Positions 37,650-49,990 of a stretch of 64,000 nt of DNA are shown one piece after another; the stretch's first letter is position 1, and every line of letters begins with the position of its first letter. The position numbers and the translations under genes were made by a program. Origin of the DNA: Lama guanicoe (lineage: Eukaryota); assembly GCA_013239625.1 (NCBI GenBank), contig MU053652.1, forward strand, positions 1,428,001 through 1,492,000, given 5' to 3'. The notes below the pieces were generated by a model, which saw only the letters and a list, made by a program, of their open reading frames with translations, was not told the DNA's origin and did no database searches.

Positions 37650-38950
37650 CTTTCATTTAATACAGGGTGTAACATGCCATCCACAGTCCTACACCTTGCT
37701 TTTTTTTCCCAGTTAACAGGATTTCTTGGAGGTCTTTCCATGTCAATATAGAAAGATCTTCAATCTTTTTCTCTTTAAGTAGCTACATAGAAGTCCATTA
37801 TATGCATGTTCAACAATTTAAATCATTCCCTATAGACGGCAGTTAGGCAGTTTCCATTCTTTTGCTGTTTCAACCAATGCCAACACGTATACGGTTGTTT
37901 TTACATCCTTTTGCATGCTGGTAAGTATTGTCAGTGAGGTAATTCCTTGAAGTGGAGTTTCTGGGTGGATCAAAGACAAACATGTTGGTGATTTTGAAAG
38001 TGCGATGTCTTTTGTTTCTGACACCAATTGTGTGGTATCTTTTCCAACACCGATTCTCTGACAGTTCAACTCAGTTCTCACACTGTTTACCAGAAGTTAG
38101 CGTCAGACTCCACAGGGTTAAGGGCTCGGTCCCTCGAGACTGCCCCCACTTCAGATGCAGCCACAAATGGGGTGCCTGCCATTCTCGGGAGCTCCCATGA
38201 CAACCCACCCCCACCTCCAGCTGGTATCAAGCACGCAAATTTGTATCTCTCGATAATTCACTAGAATGACTCACAGACCTCAGCAAAGGGCTTTACTGCT
38301 ATTACTGGTTTGTTATAAATGATGCAACCAAGGAGCAGCCAAATGGAAGGGCTGGGTGTGTGTGTGTGTGTGTGTGCGCGCGCAGAGCTTCCATGCCCTC
38401 TCCAAGTGCCACCTTCCCAGCACGTCAGTGTGTTTACCAACCTGGAAGCTCTCTGGATCTCATTCTAGTTTTCATAACCTAACCTCTGGCCCCTGCTCCC
38501 ATCCCTAGAGGTCAAGGAGTGGGGCTGAAAGATCCCACCCTCTGATCATCATGAGTGTGATGACCAGACCCCATCCTGAGGCTGATTGGGGCCCCACCCC
38601 AAGTTACCTCATTAGCATAAACCCAGCTGGTTAACCGGGCCTCCTTACAAATAATGAAAGACACTCCTATCACTTAGAAAATTCCGAGGGTTTTAGGAGC
38701 TCTGTGCCAGAAACCATCTGAAAAGTAGTCAAAATATCCTAATACATCCATTTGCATCCCCGCTCCCACCATCAATGAATGAGGGTGCCTGTGTCCCCAC
38801 AGCCTCGCAGCCCAGGATATGACTAAGCCCCTGGCCTTTGCCACCTTGATGGGGAGAAATGCAGTCTCAGGGTAGTTTTCATTGTTTCTTGTTCTGAATG
38901 AGGCTGAGCACCTTTGTGTATACTGGAGAGCCACCTCTATCTTGCATAGA
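37650..38950 (-). mobile_element. Old L1 (L1ME-like) 3' remnant interrupted by an LTR
   Basis: ggtctttccatgtcaatatag...tttccattcttttgctgtt before the LTR, and ctcccaccatcaatgaatgagggtgcctg...aatgaggctgagcacc after it. Confidence 0.7.
38005..38740 (-). mobile_element. MER21B-like ERVL LTR containing a (TG)n(CG)n tract
   Basis: ttctgacaccaa...gcgtcagactccacagggttaagggctcggtccc...gactgcccccacttcagatgc...cctcattagcataaac...agggttttaggagctctgtgccag. Confidence 0.8.
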
Positions 38951-40789
38951 TAACTTTGGGGGAAGAAGAGTGGAAGTGCCCAGAAATTGGTACTCCTTAG
39001 GAATGGGGAGAGGAGGGGCTGGGGCGGGCCTGCAGGTTGGGGCATGAAGGGTCAGAGATGGGCTGACGGTCCCTGAGTGTCTTCATACACACTTTTATTA
39101 GCATCCATGCCATTTCTCATCTGCTGGCCACCTCCAGGTCCACAGTGACCCCTTGAGTGAGTCACACTCCCGTTGTTAGGACATGTCAGATGTCTGGCAG
39201 ATCCTCCCAGATGGGGTCTCTGGGTGAGCTGAAGTGACCCTGCCCAGGCCCAGCTGTGAGAGCCTGGCTGCTGTGTTTTGCTCATCACTGTGTTCTGATG
39301 CCCTCTGTGCACAGCGATTCCAGGGTGAGGAGAGCCCTGGCCTCTGGCCTCACCTAGCTCCTGTCTCTCCCTCACTGTTTGACAGTGGATGGTGAAACTG
39401 TCCTGGGGGGCCAGGACCTTGTGCATATCCAAGAAAGGAAGAGAATAATCAGTAAGACTCCTGTCCTTGAAACAGGGGGAAAAAGAGAGAAAAAGAGAAG
39501 GAGAGAAAGATGGCAGTGCTGTCCCAAGGAGTGGTATTTGCTGTCACCCTAGTTGGTGCAGATCCATTTCTGTCCAGGGCCCCCTCATTCCAGGATGAGC
39601 TGCCAGCAGGCATCAGGAGAAGCATGGTCAGGGGTTGAGGGGCTGGGAGAGTGAGCTGCCCCTGGGAGGGGACCCCACCTACCCACCCAAGATGTCACAT
39701 GTCTACTCCTTGAAGACAAGAAACTGGATCCCTCTGGGGCATGGATGAAGGGCAGGAGCCAGTCCCCTGGAGCAAGATGCTGCCAGAAGGGTGATTGGCC
39801 TCACACTCAGTACCTCGTGCCTCTCACAAAACTGTTTCCAGTCACAGCTGTAAGCAGAGATGCTTGGCAACTAGGAAGTACAGTGCCCACTCTCAATGGT
39901 TGTTTTCACTCTGTCCATTTCAAAACACTGTCAAGATGCAGCTGTGGTTTGCACCTGTTTCTATTCCATGATGCTTGACCCAGTTTCCACATCTGTGAAA
40001 TGCTTGTGAAAGTTCCTGTAGCATTTTCATCTCTGGGAATCTTAAGTGTCCCAAAGACCAGCTGCTCAGCTCTCCTCCAAGGAGCAAAGTGTGAAGTGTT
40101 GTTCCCGTGCGGCCAGTGTCTCTGCCTGAGTTTGAACATACCTGGGCTGAGTGATGCCCGAGCCGTGATGGATGGAGGTCCCGGGCAGCAGGCTCCTTTG
40201 GCAGCAGTCTGCCTGGAATCTGATGAGCAGCCAGCTCGGAATGAAGATAAAGCACCAGTGAGCTTTGATGGACGACGGGCAAAGCTTGTCTTGAAATTGG
40301 TCTCTCAAAACAATATACAAACGAATACACAAATCAATGCAAAGTGTTTAAACTGCCAGGAAAACTCAGCCCATCTATCACACTTAAAGGGGAGAGGGGG
40401 CCATGGAGTTTGGCAAGTGCCTAAGTCCCCAAGGTCCTGGGGAAGGAAACTCTGTCCCTGGGCACTGACAGCCTGATTCAGCATCTCACTCCTGAGCATG
40501 GGCCCCAGTACGGCGTAAAGTGGGTAAATGGAAAAGAATTCTGGCCCTGGCCACACACCAGTGCTGGACAGGGAGCGCCTCGGCCCGTCTCCTTGTTCCT
40601 CCACTGGCCACTCATGGAGGGACCCAACCTTTGGAGGGGCCATTGTAACAGGGACCCTGAGTGGGTCGTAGTACTAGGTCTTGTGCTGGTGATGATGCAG
40701 AAGACTTGGTCTCAACTCAGGGTGACTAACAGGGGACCTGTGACCAGCTGACACTGTTCAGTTCTCTTGTGTGTGTTGAATATGTGGCT

Positions 40790-41362
40790 TTATTTTTAAT
40801 AAAAATTACATATATTTAAGGTGTAAACCATCTTGGCATACATATACATAGTGAAATGGTGACTACAGTCAAGCTAATTAATTAGCATATCCATTGCCTC
40901 ACGTAGTTACTTTGTGGGATGTGTGTGTGTGTGTGGTGAGAGCACCTGGAATCTACTCTGTTAGCAAATGTCCAGTATTCAGTGGAGTATTGTTAACTAC
41001 AGTCACCATGCTGCCATTAGATCTCTAAACTTATTCGTCCTGCATAAGGGCCATTTTGTACGCTTTCACAGACGTCTCCCCATTACCCCATCTCCCTGCC
41101 CCTGGGAACCACGTTCTACTCTCTGCTTCTAGGTGTTCGCCTTTTCAGATTCCACATGAAGTGAGATCAATCATACAGTACCTGTCTTTCTATGTCTGGC
41201 TTATTTCACTCAGCATAATGTCCTCCGGGCTCATCCATATTGTCAAAAATGACAGAGTCTTTTTGGGGGCTGGATAATATTCCACTGTTTTAAGCACCAC
41301 AGTTTCTTTATGCATTCTTCTGTCAGTGGACACTTGGGTTGTTTCCAGGTCTTGGCTATAGT
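40790..41362 (-). mobile_element. L1 3' end (L1MA-like)
   Basis: tatatttaaggtgta...agcacctggaatctactct...ctatgtctggcttatttcactcagcataatgtcctcc...gtttccaggtcttggctat. Confidence 0.88.
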
Positions 41363-42519
41363 GCTGCTGGGAACATGGCAGTGTTTCTCAGCTGTTGCTC
41401 TAGCCCTGTCCCCCTGCCCATCTGGGGTGACTCATTTCTTTCTTCATTCTCTGAATGATTATGCTGTCTACCTTGGACCATTTCTTCTATTGAACTCAGA
41501 GTCTTAACTTTGTATCAACCTTATTTAATCTAGAAATTTCTTAATTAGTATATATAGTAGGGGAATAAACATAATTTATAGCATGCCTCGCAGTTTGCAA
41601 AGCCCTTTCACATACATGGTTGGTAGTTTCATCTCCATTTAACAGGGCAGGAGCTGAAGCTCAGAGAGATTAAACACTGGGACCAGGCTGTCAGAGGGCG
41701 ACCCTGGTAGGAATGTGAAATTGTCCTTGTATGGCATTTCTCAAACCCTTGATGGCAGAAGCTGGCCTCTGGCAAGGAGCCTCTGTTCATCCCAGTTTCC
41801 ACAGAGGCTCTGGGGAAGAGTTAGCAGTGCCATCCTTTGCGTCTGTTGTCGTGGTTTCTGACCTTGTCATGGTGGGTGCTAGCAGTGCCGCAGCAGGGCC
41901 AGCCAGCGTGGGCATCAGCCCCTGTACCTTCACAGGACAGGCATTTGGTCAGGGTGAAAGATGGTTACTTTTAAGAATTTTATCTCCATGATACAAAACT
42001 GGAAGAATGCTCCTATGTCCATTCTCAGAATAAGGAGAAAGGACGGGAGAGCCCCCAGTGAAGGGCAGATGAATTCCCATAGGACGGCTCACCCACCCTC
42101 CTACTCCGAGGCTGTATCCATAGCCTCCCAGCCAGGTGTGCTCCTGATTCGCCTGCAGGGATTTCCAGGGAAGCAAGGGAGACAGCCTTCTTCTGGAGCT
42201 TATCCTAGTGACTTTCACAGCCCTTGCTTAGGAGCTCAAACTCAATCCCACCTGGCGTAACTTTGATCTACGGTCTTCAGTTGGTCTGTGTTGTATGGTG
42301 CCTCGGACCTGTGAAGTCTTTCCCCGAGCCCTTGGGCTGCTCTCTGTGCCATTTGGATCTCCTCTGAAGTGTGGGTCACTCCTGGGTGTGCAGCTGTGCA
42401 GAGGATGTGGACAAACTGGAGGTCTCCCAGGCGAGGGGGCTGCACATGGCATGGATGGGCCACCGTGCCACCTTGAGAACAGTCCAATGGTCTGTATTCA
42501 TGGGAAAGGGACTCCACTT

Positions 42520-42820
42520 ACTGATTGGGACTCCATTTGGGAAAATGCAGGGAGGCACAGGGCTAGGGAGCAGGAAGACGGAGAGCTGTGGGGAACATGA
42601 CTGGGGAGAGAGGCAGGGATGAGGGCACGTCGGCTGAGTGCCATGCCAGGGAGTTTGGTCCTGAGGGCAGTAGGGAGTCAGTGAAGGTCAATGGATAGCA
42701 GCAACCTACTCGGCTGGGTGTTCAGAGGTCAGGAGGAGGCCATGTGGAGGAGGGCTTGGAGGAGACAAGACCAGAGGCAAGGAGGGCCCTAGGAGGCTGG
42801 GGCAGTGTCCCCTGCACCTA
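42520..42820 (-). mobile_element. L2 fragment
   Basis: gtgccatgccagggagtttggtcctgagggcagtagggagtcagtgaagg...agaccagaggcaaggagggccctaggaggctggggcagtgtcc. Confidence 0.65.
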
Positions 42821-43360
42821 AAGCAGAAACTTTTGGCTCTTCCATGGAGCCAGGAGTTGCTGGGCGACTCCTCCCCCTTGGGGGCCTGATCTCGGAGGAG
42901 GTGAGGGTGCGGGTGTGGGAGGTGGCGGGGGTTGCCTGCAGGCTCTGGTCAAGGAAGGCAGTCTGCTTCTGCTTTGGATCACATGGGGTCTGGTCATGTG
43001 TGGAACTGCAGTCCTGAGAACAGCCACCAAGCAAAAGCCCACATCTGACTCCTGGTGCCCTGGTTATTCCAGCATCTGGGCCCCAGGGAGCTGCTGGGAA
43101 GCCCAGAGAATTCCAGGATCCCTTCAGGGGAGACGCCCCCAGATTGGTTCACAGAGGAGCCAGCAGCAGGGGTTTTCTAAGTACCTGCTCCCTGGCTTCT
43201 ACTGACAGAAAGAAAAAACCCAGACTGATTTTCGTGGACGCACAGAAGTCAGAGGCTGAAGCTCATCCCAGGAAAGCCTTTGAGGACAGTGGTCTGGTCT
43301 GCGCATACCCTGCACGTGGTGACGCTGGTGGAGGCCCAGGCCTGAACCACCACAGACAAC

Positions 43361-43988
43361 TTTTTAAAAAAATTATAGTAAAATATACATCACACAAAAT
43401 TTCCCATCTTAACCATGTCTAAGTGTACAGTTCAGTAGTGTTAGGTAGATTCACATTGTTGTGCAACCAATTTCCAGAATTCTCTTCATCTTGCAGAACT
43501 GAAACTCTGAACTCATTAAACAACAATTCCCCCATTCTCCACTGTCCCCAGCTCCCAGAAACCACCCTTTTATTTTCAAAAGTTTGTCTGACTTTTCTAG
43601 GTACCTCTTATAAGTGGAATCATACAGTATCTGTCTTCTTGTGACTGGCTTATTTCACTGAGCACAATGTCCAAGATTCATCCACGTAGCACGTATCAAA
43701 TTTCCTCCCTTTTTTAAGGCTGAATAATATTCCATTGAATGGATACATCACATTTTGTTTATTTGTCTGTTGATAACACTTGGGTTGCTTCCACCGTTTG
43801 GCTATCGTGATTAATGTTGCTATGGACATGAGTGTACAAATATCTCCTCAAGACCCTGCGTTCGGTTCTTTTGGGTATTTACCCAGAAGTGAAATTGCTG
43901 GATCATGGGGTAATTCCACTTTTAATGTTTTGAGGAACCACCATACTGCTGTCCGCAGCAGCCGCACTGTTTTATATTCCCACCGACA
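43361..43988 (-). mobile_element. L1MB-like 3' end
   Basis: aaatttcccatcttaacc...aagtgtacagttcagt...acccagaagtgaaattgctggatcatgg...ttttgaggaaccaccatac; possible degenerate TSD ccaccacag on both sides. Confidence 0.9.
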
Positions 43989-44649
43989 GCCACCACAGTC
44001 TTTTTATGACAAGTGTAAACTCCAGGGCCACCATAGGAGGCAGGGAGGCAGGCTGAGTTATGGCCACACTGGGCACATAATTCAACCCTCAACCACACAA
44101 CCGCCAACTTGGGAGCCCTGGGCCTGGGGGGAGGCGGGGAGTGGTGGAATCTGTCAGCCAGCTGTAGCTTAAAATTACTTTTGTTCAGTTTCTGAGCCTT
44201 GGGTTTAAATGTAAAAATTACCCCTAAATGTCTATCTTAGAAACAGCAGAAAGTTTTGAAGAAGCTCTTCAAGTTACAGGTTATGTTGTGGGCTAATTGC
44301 CTCCCATCTTTTATTTGTTTCCTTTTTTTTTTTTTTAATGAGAAATTTCAAAATTTCTCATTCTAAGCAAAACTTTTTTCTGAGGATCTCAGGAGACTGC
44401 ATGGACTGTTTTGCTGCTCGGTGCCGTGAGGGTACCTTGTGGCTGCTACGATGAGAGGTGGTGGAGGGGGCCCTGCCCGGGGCATTCTCTTGGACCTCCT
44501 TCCCTGGGAACTCGAGCCCCTCCTCTGGGCTTTGGCTCCCAGCATGCTTCTGCTGGTTTCCCTGCCTGCCTGGCTCCTGACTAAGGGATTCACTACTGAC
44601 ACACTGAAACCATTCAGAGTCTTCTGAAAATTCGAGTTTGTGCCTCAGG

Positions 44650-44837
44650 CAGAGATCTGCCAACTAGCCAAATCCTGCCTACTGCCTGCTTGGTTTTGTA
44701 AATAAAGTTTTATTGGAGCCTGGCCACGTGCCCATTCATTTATGTGTGAGCTGGGGCTGTGCCAGAGACCGTATGGCCCGCAGAGCTGGAAATGTTCTCT
44801 ATCTGGCTTTTACTGAAGAGGTTTGCTAAATTTCCCT
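44650..44837. mobile_element. MER58A-like hAT MITE
   Basis: ttttgtaaataaagttttattgga...cagagaccgtatggcccgcagagctggaaatgtt...ctatctggcttttactgaagaggtttgc. Confidence 0.8.
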
Positions 44838-45699
44838 TGGTCTAAGGGAAGTCATTTAGTCTCTGAATGACGGGACCAGTGCGTGAGAACCCCCACATTC
44901 TGCGAGTGTAGACTGAGGAGAAGAGAAAGCTATCTGCAGAAAGAGAAACCAGAAGCAGAGAGGCCTGGAGATAGACGTTGAGAGGAGAAGGAAATAAATC
45001 ACAGTAGCCTCTGGGACCTCAGTTCCATCCTCTTCCAAAGAGTGCTGACTTTCATTGGTTTCTTCCAGACCCTTATGATAAAATCATCTTTTATTTTTGC
45101 TGAAGCTAGCTCAATAGGTCTCTGGTTTTGGCCGCTAGAGTCCCAACAAATACTCTGGAGAAGCTCTACTTCCTGCTACTCACAGCTCAGTGGTGGCAGC
45201 ACATCCAAGCTCAGTCAAGAGATCCAGCCTTCCCTCCATCCTTTCTCCTGAGCTGGGAGTCTCTCCTGGCCCTGCTAGGGGACGCAGGTGTGCACAAAAG
45301 TTGGCAACTGAGCTGACACAGGGAAAAATTTGTTGGTGAGGAGCCCAGGATCAGAGCCCAAGGGTGTGGCCTCTTGCTCTTGACTGACAGCCCCTGGGTC
45401 CTCTCAGCAGGAGCTGGAGTGACCTCCAAACCTTGTGCACTGCAGCAGCTGCAGTCAGTGGAAATGCCAGAAGCTTCCAGCCCTGGCCTTTCTGCCCTTG
45501 AACACTTTGAAACATTCCTCTCAAGTCCACCTTGAATTTCCTTTTGTAACTTTTTAATAAAAATGGACTCAAGTGTAATCTTGAGGTGAACACTTCTTAC
45601 ACTGGCAGCCTATTAAAATCAAACCCAGTGTTTGGCACATAGTAGACCACCATTCAGAGTTCCAAGTCATAGCAGAATTCAGACAACTTTTCTATGAGA

Positions 45700-47970
45700 A
45701 CTTCTGGTTCAAGATGGTAGCTTGAACACAGGCTGTCATCTTTGTCCATTCTTAGATTTCACTGGAATCAAACTATAAATAGTGTGTGCCATGGCAGAGA
45801 GATTGGGAAGGAAGATTGCCACAAAGCAATAAATTATGACCTTTATTTTCCTGGAAGAAAGAATGAGTGGGATTTGTGATGCATGCTGCAGTCAAAAAGG
45901 CACTGCCTGGAATAGAAGGGGGCTACAGTGGACATGGGAACCAATAAACCTATTAGAAACCAAAGGGATTCTGGACTCAGAGCTAGCAGTTACACTGGGA
46001 GGCAGGAGTCAGAAATGGGATTCACAGAGGAGGGATGGTTGAGTTGGTATGGTCCACCTGCAATACTTTGGTGCAGGTTAACTTGGCATCTGCTCCAAGA
46101 CAGCATATAAAGTGTGTATCTTTAAATTTAAACCAGCCCTCTGGAGAAGGTTAAGGCATCTCGTGCAGATTTTGGTGCTCCAGAATAGAGCCTCTGCTCT
46201 CTGGCATTTGGGGAGTCCATCACTTGGTTGTTGAGTCAGCTCCTTATCCACTCACCATAAGGCCAGACCTGCCAGCCAGCATCTAACCAGCACCATTTCA
46301 CACCCCACAGGGAGCTCCTAATCAGAGTTCTAGGTTAGAGACCTGGTGAAAAGTAGATCTCTTTAGTTCCAGTGCAATGCAAGAAAACCCACATCAGCTG
46401 CCTAGTCCTTTATAATTGTGGAAGGACAACCGAAAGTCACAAGAATTATAGAAGAACCAGAACCCAAAAGAGATAAATAGACTTACCCCAGTGGAAATTA
46501 ATCCAGGAAAAAAATCTTATTTATACACTCAGATTCAAGACTGAGATTTAAAAAAAAAAGTTTCTTTTGTATAGCATAGGGAACTATGCTCATTATCTTG
46601 TAATAACCTTTAATGGAAAAAAATATGAAAACAAATATGTGTATATATATGCAAGACTGGGACATTGTGCTGTACAGCAGAAATTGACACATTGTAATTG
46701 ACTGTACTTCAATAAAAAAACTATTATACCCATAAAACAAGTTAAGATGTAATAAAAGTGGATCAGAAAGAGAATAAGAGACAGTTCTTAGATACTAAAA
46801 ATTTTTGATTATCAAAATAAAAAATTCAAAAAAGCTTGGAATATAAAGTCAAAGGAATCTCTCAGAATGTAGAAAAGAAATATAAAGAGAAGAGAAATAC
46901 TGGAGAAAATATGAGACATGAGAACTCATCCTGTGGTCAAACATAAAGGGAAAAAGAACCAGAGAGAGAATAGAGAAAATGGAAATCAGCAAAGAAACAG
47001 TAGAAGAAAATTTCTTAGGGCCGAAGAGGACCAGGATTTTTGAGGATGTATTCCAGCAGCGTGGGGAAGTAAACAAAGGAAGTGACATGAGGTCCAGGAG
47101 AGGGGAGGGCAGCCCAGTCAAAGGGAACATGTAAAGGGGAAGACCAGAAAGGGGGAAGTCTGGAACATAACCAATTCCCGAGGAGAACCAGTCCAGACAG
47201 GAAAAGGGAGCGCTCTGCCCGGGAGAGTGAGAAACAGGCAACTGCTTGTGGTAGGTAATATTGTTCAGAGGAAAATCTTGAGGGTATGAAAAAATGCCCA
47301 TATTCAAGGAAAAAGAAGTAATGTATTCAATTCAGAAACTCCTGGAGAAATAAGAGACTGTACCAGAAAGTCATTATTCAGATAGCAAGAAAAATGCATA
47401 TGTTGTTAAGCAACTGCTGGAATCTAAGAAAGGGAATTCATTGCACTTCATGCTGCTGGGACCGTTCTTCTGTGAGTGACCCAGGGACTGTCATCTCAGA
47501 CTTGTGGAAGGGAAATTGATACAGGAGCCCTACTTATTCGGGCTGTGGGCAATGTGTGTAGGGTGATAATGTAAACACTGTTAAAAAAATAAAACATTTA
47601 GAGTAAAGCTATGGAGGCTTAGAAGATGGGGTCATGGCTGCATATTGTAATTGTTAACGTTGTCAGTTTAACGTGAACATTCATCTGGGAGGAGGAAGGG
47701 AAGGGGCATAAATATTCCCATCTTACATGAAGGAGAATCAAAATACTGACTAAAGGTGATGGGAAAATAAATGGAGGCACAGTGTGTACATTATTTAATG
47801 TCATGAAAGTAACCAAATAAATCTACAAAAAATCATTTGAAACCACAAACATCGAGCTAGGTTTTAAAGGAGGGTAGTTTAAGTGAGTTTAAATCTTTAT
47901 ATTTTACAGAGGGGAGTCAATGGATATTGTTTAGAGTTGATAAACCAAGAAGTGGGGTTACAGACACCAG
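45700..47970 (+). mobile_element. HAL1 / ancient L1-like element (5' end and ORF1-like region)
   Basis: 5' ttctggttcaagatgg; A-rich ORF1-like tract with agaagaaaatttc; gaggatgtattccagca...aaccagtccaga and ggagtcaatggatattgtttagagttgataaaccaagaa resemble HAL1 as recalled. A short HAL1-like continuation lies at ~49995-50070. Confidence 0.65.
46545..46720 (+). mobile_element. Short L1 3' terminus (cetartiodactyl/camelid type) inserted in HAL1
   Basis: tgtatagcatagggaactat...tcttgtaataacctttaatgg...tgctgtacagcagaaattgacacattgtaattgactgtacttcaataaaaaaa. Confidence 0.88.
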
Positions 47971-48324
47971 TTCAATGAAGACAAGTGCTACTGCTTTGAT
48001 CCCCTCGGTTTGCCGTAGGGCCAGGGGGAGCCTAGAGTGACCGAGCTCCAGGCTGCTCTGGGGCTCAGCCAGCCCTTCCTGCTTCCCCAAGTGCACTCGG
48101 TAAGGAGCATCACTTTCTGCCATGCATTCAGCAGAGCCAGGTTAGGGAGCGCTGCTTTATGAACCTGACGGGTCTTTGCCCTTTCCTGTCTCAGCTGCAT
48201 GGTCTTTCCCGGTTGCCGCATGTGTTTGCATTGGAGCTGGAACACTCCGCGGGGCTCCATGCTGTCAGCAGTGGCCTCCAGGGTGCTGGTCATTAGATGC
48301 AGAGCTGTACTGCTCTTCGGAGCC

Positions 48325-49990
48325 GGGGAGGGCCTGCTGAGTGCCACAGAAATATCTTCCCGGCCGATCCTGGAGCTGCTGTGCAGGGCTCTGCGGTGAT
48401 GTCTAGTGCTTGAGACAGGCCCAGGGCTCTGGAGCTTTCCCTGGGAGACCCTGGTTTATACTGCTCCGGTTCCTACAGTAAAGAGCCAGCATTCTTTAAG
48501 GAGGGAAAAGAACTAACCATTTTGCTGCCGTGGTTAAAGTGTATCCAAGAGTCAGTGAGAAGGTGGGGCTAATGACCAGGCCTGTGAAGCTCTCCCATCG
48601 CCTGTGCTGGGGGCCTGTCGTTTTCAGTTATAGATGCTGCGTTTGGAAACACTTCATCAAAATCCGGACAGGTCTTCACTTGACAGCACAGTAGACTTTC
48701 TTGGAAAAAGACAGAAAAGGGAGCCCTCTAAACTTATACTTCACAGACTGAGGATGGTTCACCTTCAAAGACAGACAGGGTCCCTTGCAGGTGCATCAAA
48801 ATCTTTTCACTCTCAAGTGACTGAAGCAAAAACAAAACACTTTAAAAGCATCTCAGAACAATGGAGAACAACTTCAGAAGAAAATGATGGACGGTTTGAA
48901 TGAAAACACTCATCTTCAGGGAAGTCTAGAACTGCTTGCCAAGAAAAGCAAAGAATGTGGGAATCAAGGGATCAGAAAAAAAGCTTGAAAACACAAAAGC
49001 ATGAATGGAACAGGTCGTGGATGAGAAAGAGAGCTACTTAGAAATCTCTGGCTGAGACTGTGCAGAAGATGGTAGGTTTGCCTGCTCTCTTTAGCGAACA
49101 TCACATGAATGATGGCAACTTGGGATTAGAGAAAAAGAGTCAAGCAGGAAATGGAGACCACCTGGCCTCACACTTAGACGTTGATTTGAAGAGTTTCATT
49201 GATCTGTTAATTTAAAAGTGTCCTTTACAAGACTTAGGGGAAAACAAAACCTATCCAGAAAATTACGCGAAGAAAATCAAATGACTGAAGAGCTTACAGG
49301 ACAAATGAAAAGTCTTCGAACCGAGCAAGCCCCTTTGCAGCCTGGAAATTCACAGCTTGAAAGTGAGATTCAGAAGCTCCTGCCGAACCTTGAAGTACGT
49401 CGAGAACATGTAATGAAAATGCAGAGAAAAATCAATCGAAAAGGAAATACACTGCTTAAAAATAGAGAAGAAACATCCCAAAGTTTGTAGAAATGCAAAC
49501 TACACGTCGGAAGGGTACCCTCTGCAGGAAGATGGCCAAAGACATGGAAAAAGAATTGAAAAGAATCACCCCCTGCTATCCAAACCACATTCTCTTCCAT
49601 GAGAAAGTGCTCGAGAAAGTTGCATGGTGGCTCTGTGGGCAGAGAGAAAGCTTAATGAGCTAAGAAAAGAAAATGGCCAAGTTTAAGATCCAGCCTTTCC
49701 CAAGTGGCTCTTTTGCTCGTGATGTCCCCCACACAGCCCATGGGGCCTAGGGGTGTTAGGGGAGCCCCCGGGTTTTATATCTCCCGGGAGAAAGGAGTGT
49801 TTAAGCTGTGGGGGCTCAGGGATCTGGAGTCTCAGGCAGTTTCCATTCAACTTTCACAGCAGCTGAGTGCAGCAAGACGGTCTCCTTTTCTCTCTGATAA
49901 AGTAATTCTGATTTAGCTCTTCTTAGTTTAGCCGCCATTATTTAATTGATGCTGCAGTTTCTCTTATTAAAGTCTGATAGCATTAAAAGG
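48325..49990 (+). pseudogene. MIA2: Processed pseudogene of cTAGE5/MIA2 (CTAGE family), intronless, with multiple frameshifts, stops and internal deletions
   Basis: Collinear peptide matches to recalled cTAGE5: ETGPGLWSFPWETLV ~ RPDSNLYGFPWELVI; GSLAGASKSFHSQVTEAK ~ QSLEDESKSLKSQVAEAK; DGNLGLEKKSQAGNGDHL ~ DDNLELEMNSESENGAYL; EELTGQMKSLRTEQAPLQPGNSQLESEIQKL ~ [44 protein letters not shown] ~ RKRAKDLEEELER; AERKLNELRKEN ~ AERNLNDLRKEN. The expected ATG reads GGG at ~48325. A 3' UTR-like tail with ATTAAA lies at ~49966 and ~49982. Confidence 0.88.

Noticed and set aside
49218..49490. Stand-alone 90-aa coiled-coil protein or a real MIA2/MIA3 exon
   Set aside because: It is one frame of a continuous, intronless, frameshifted retrocopy and has no proper start or splice context.
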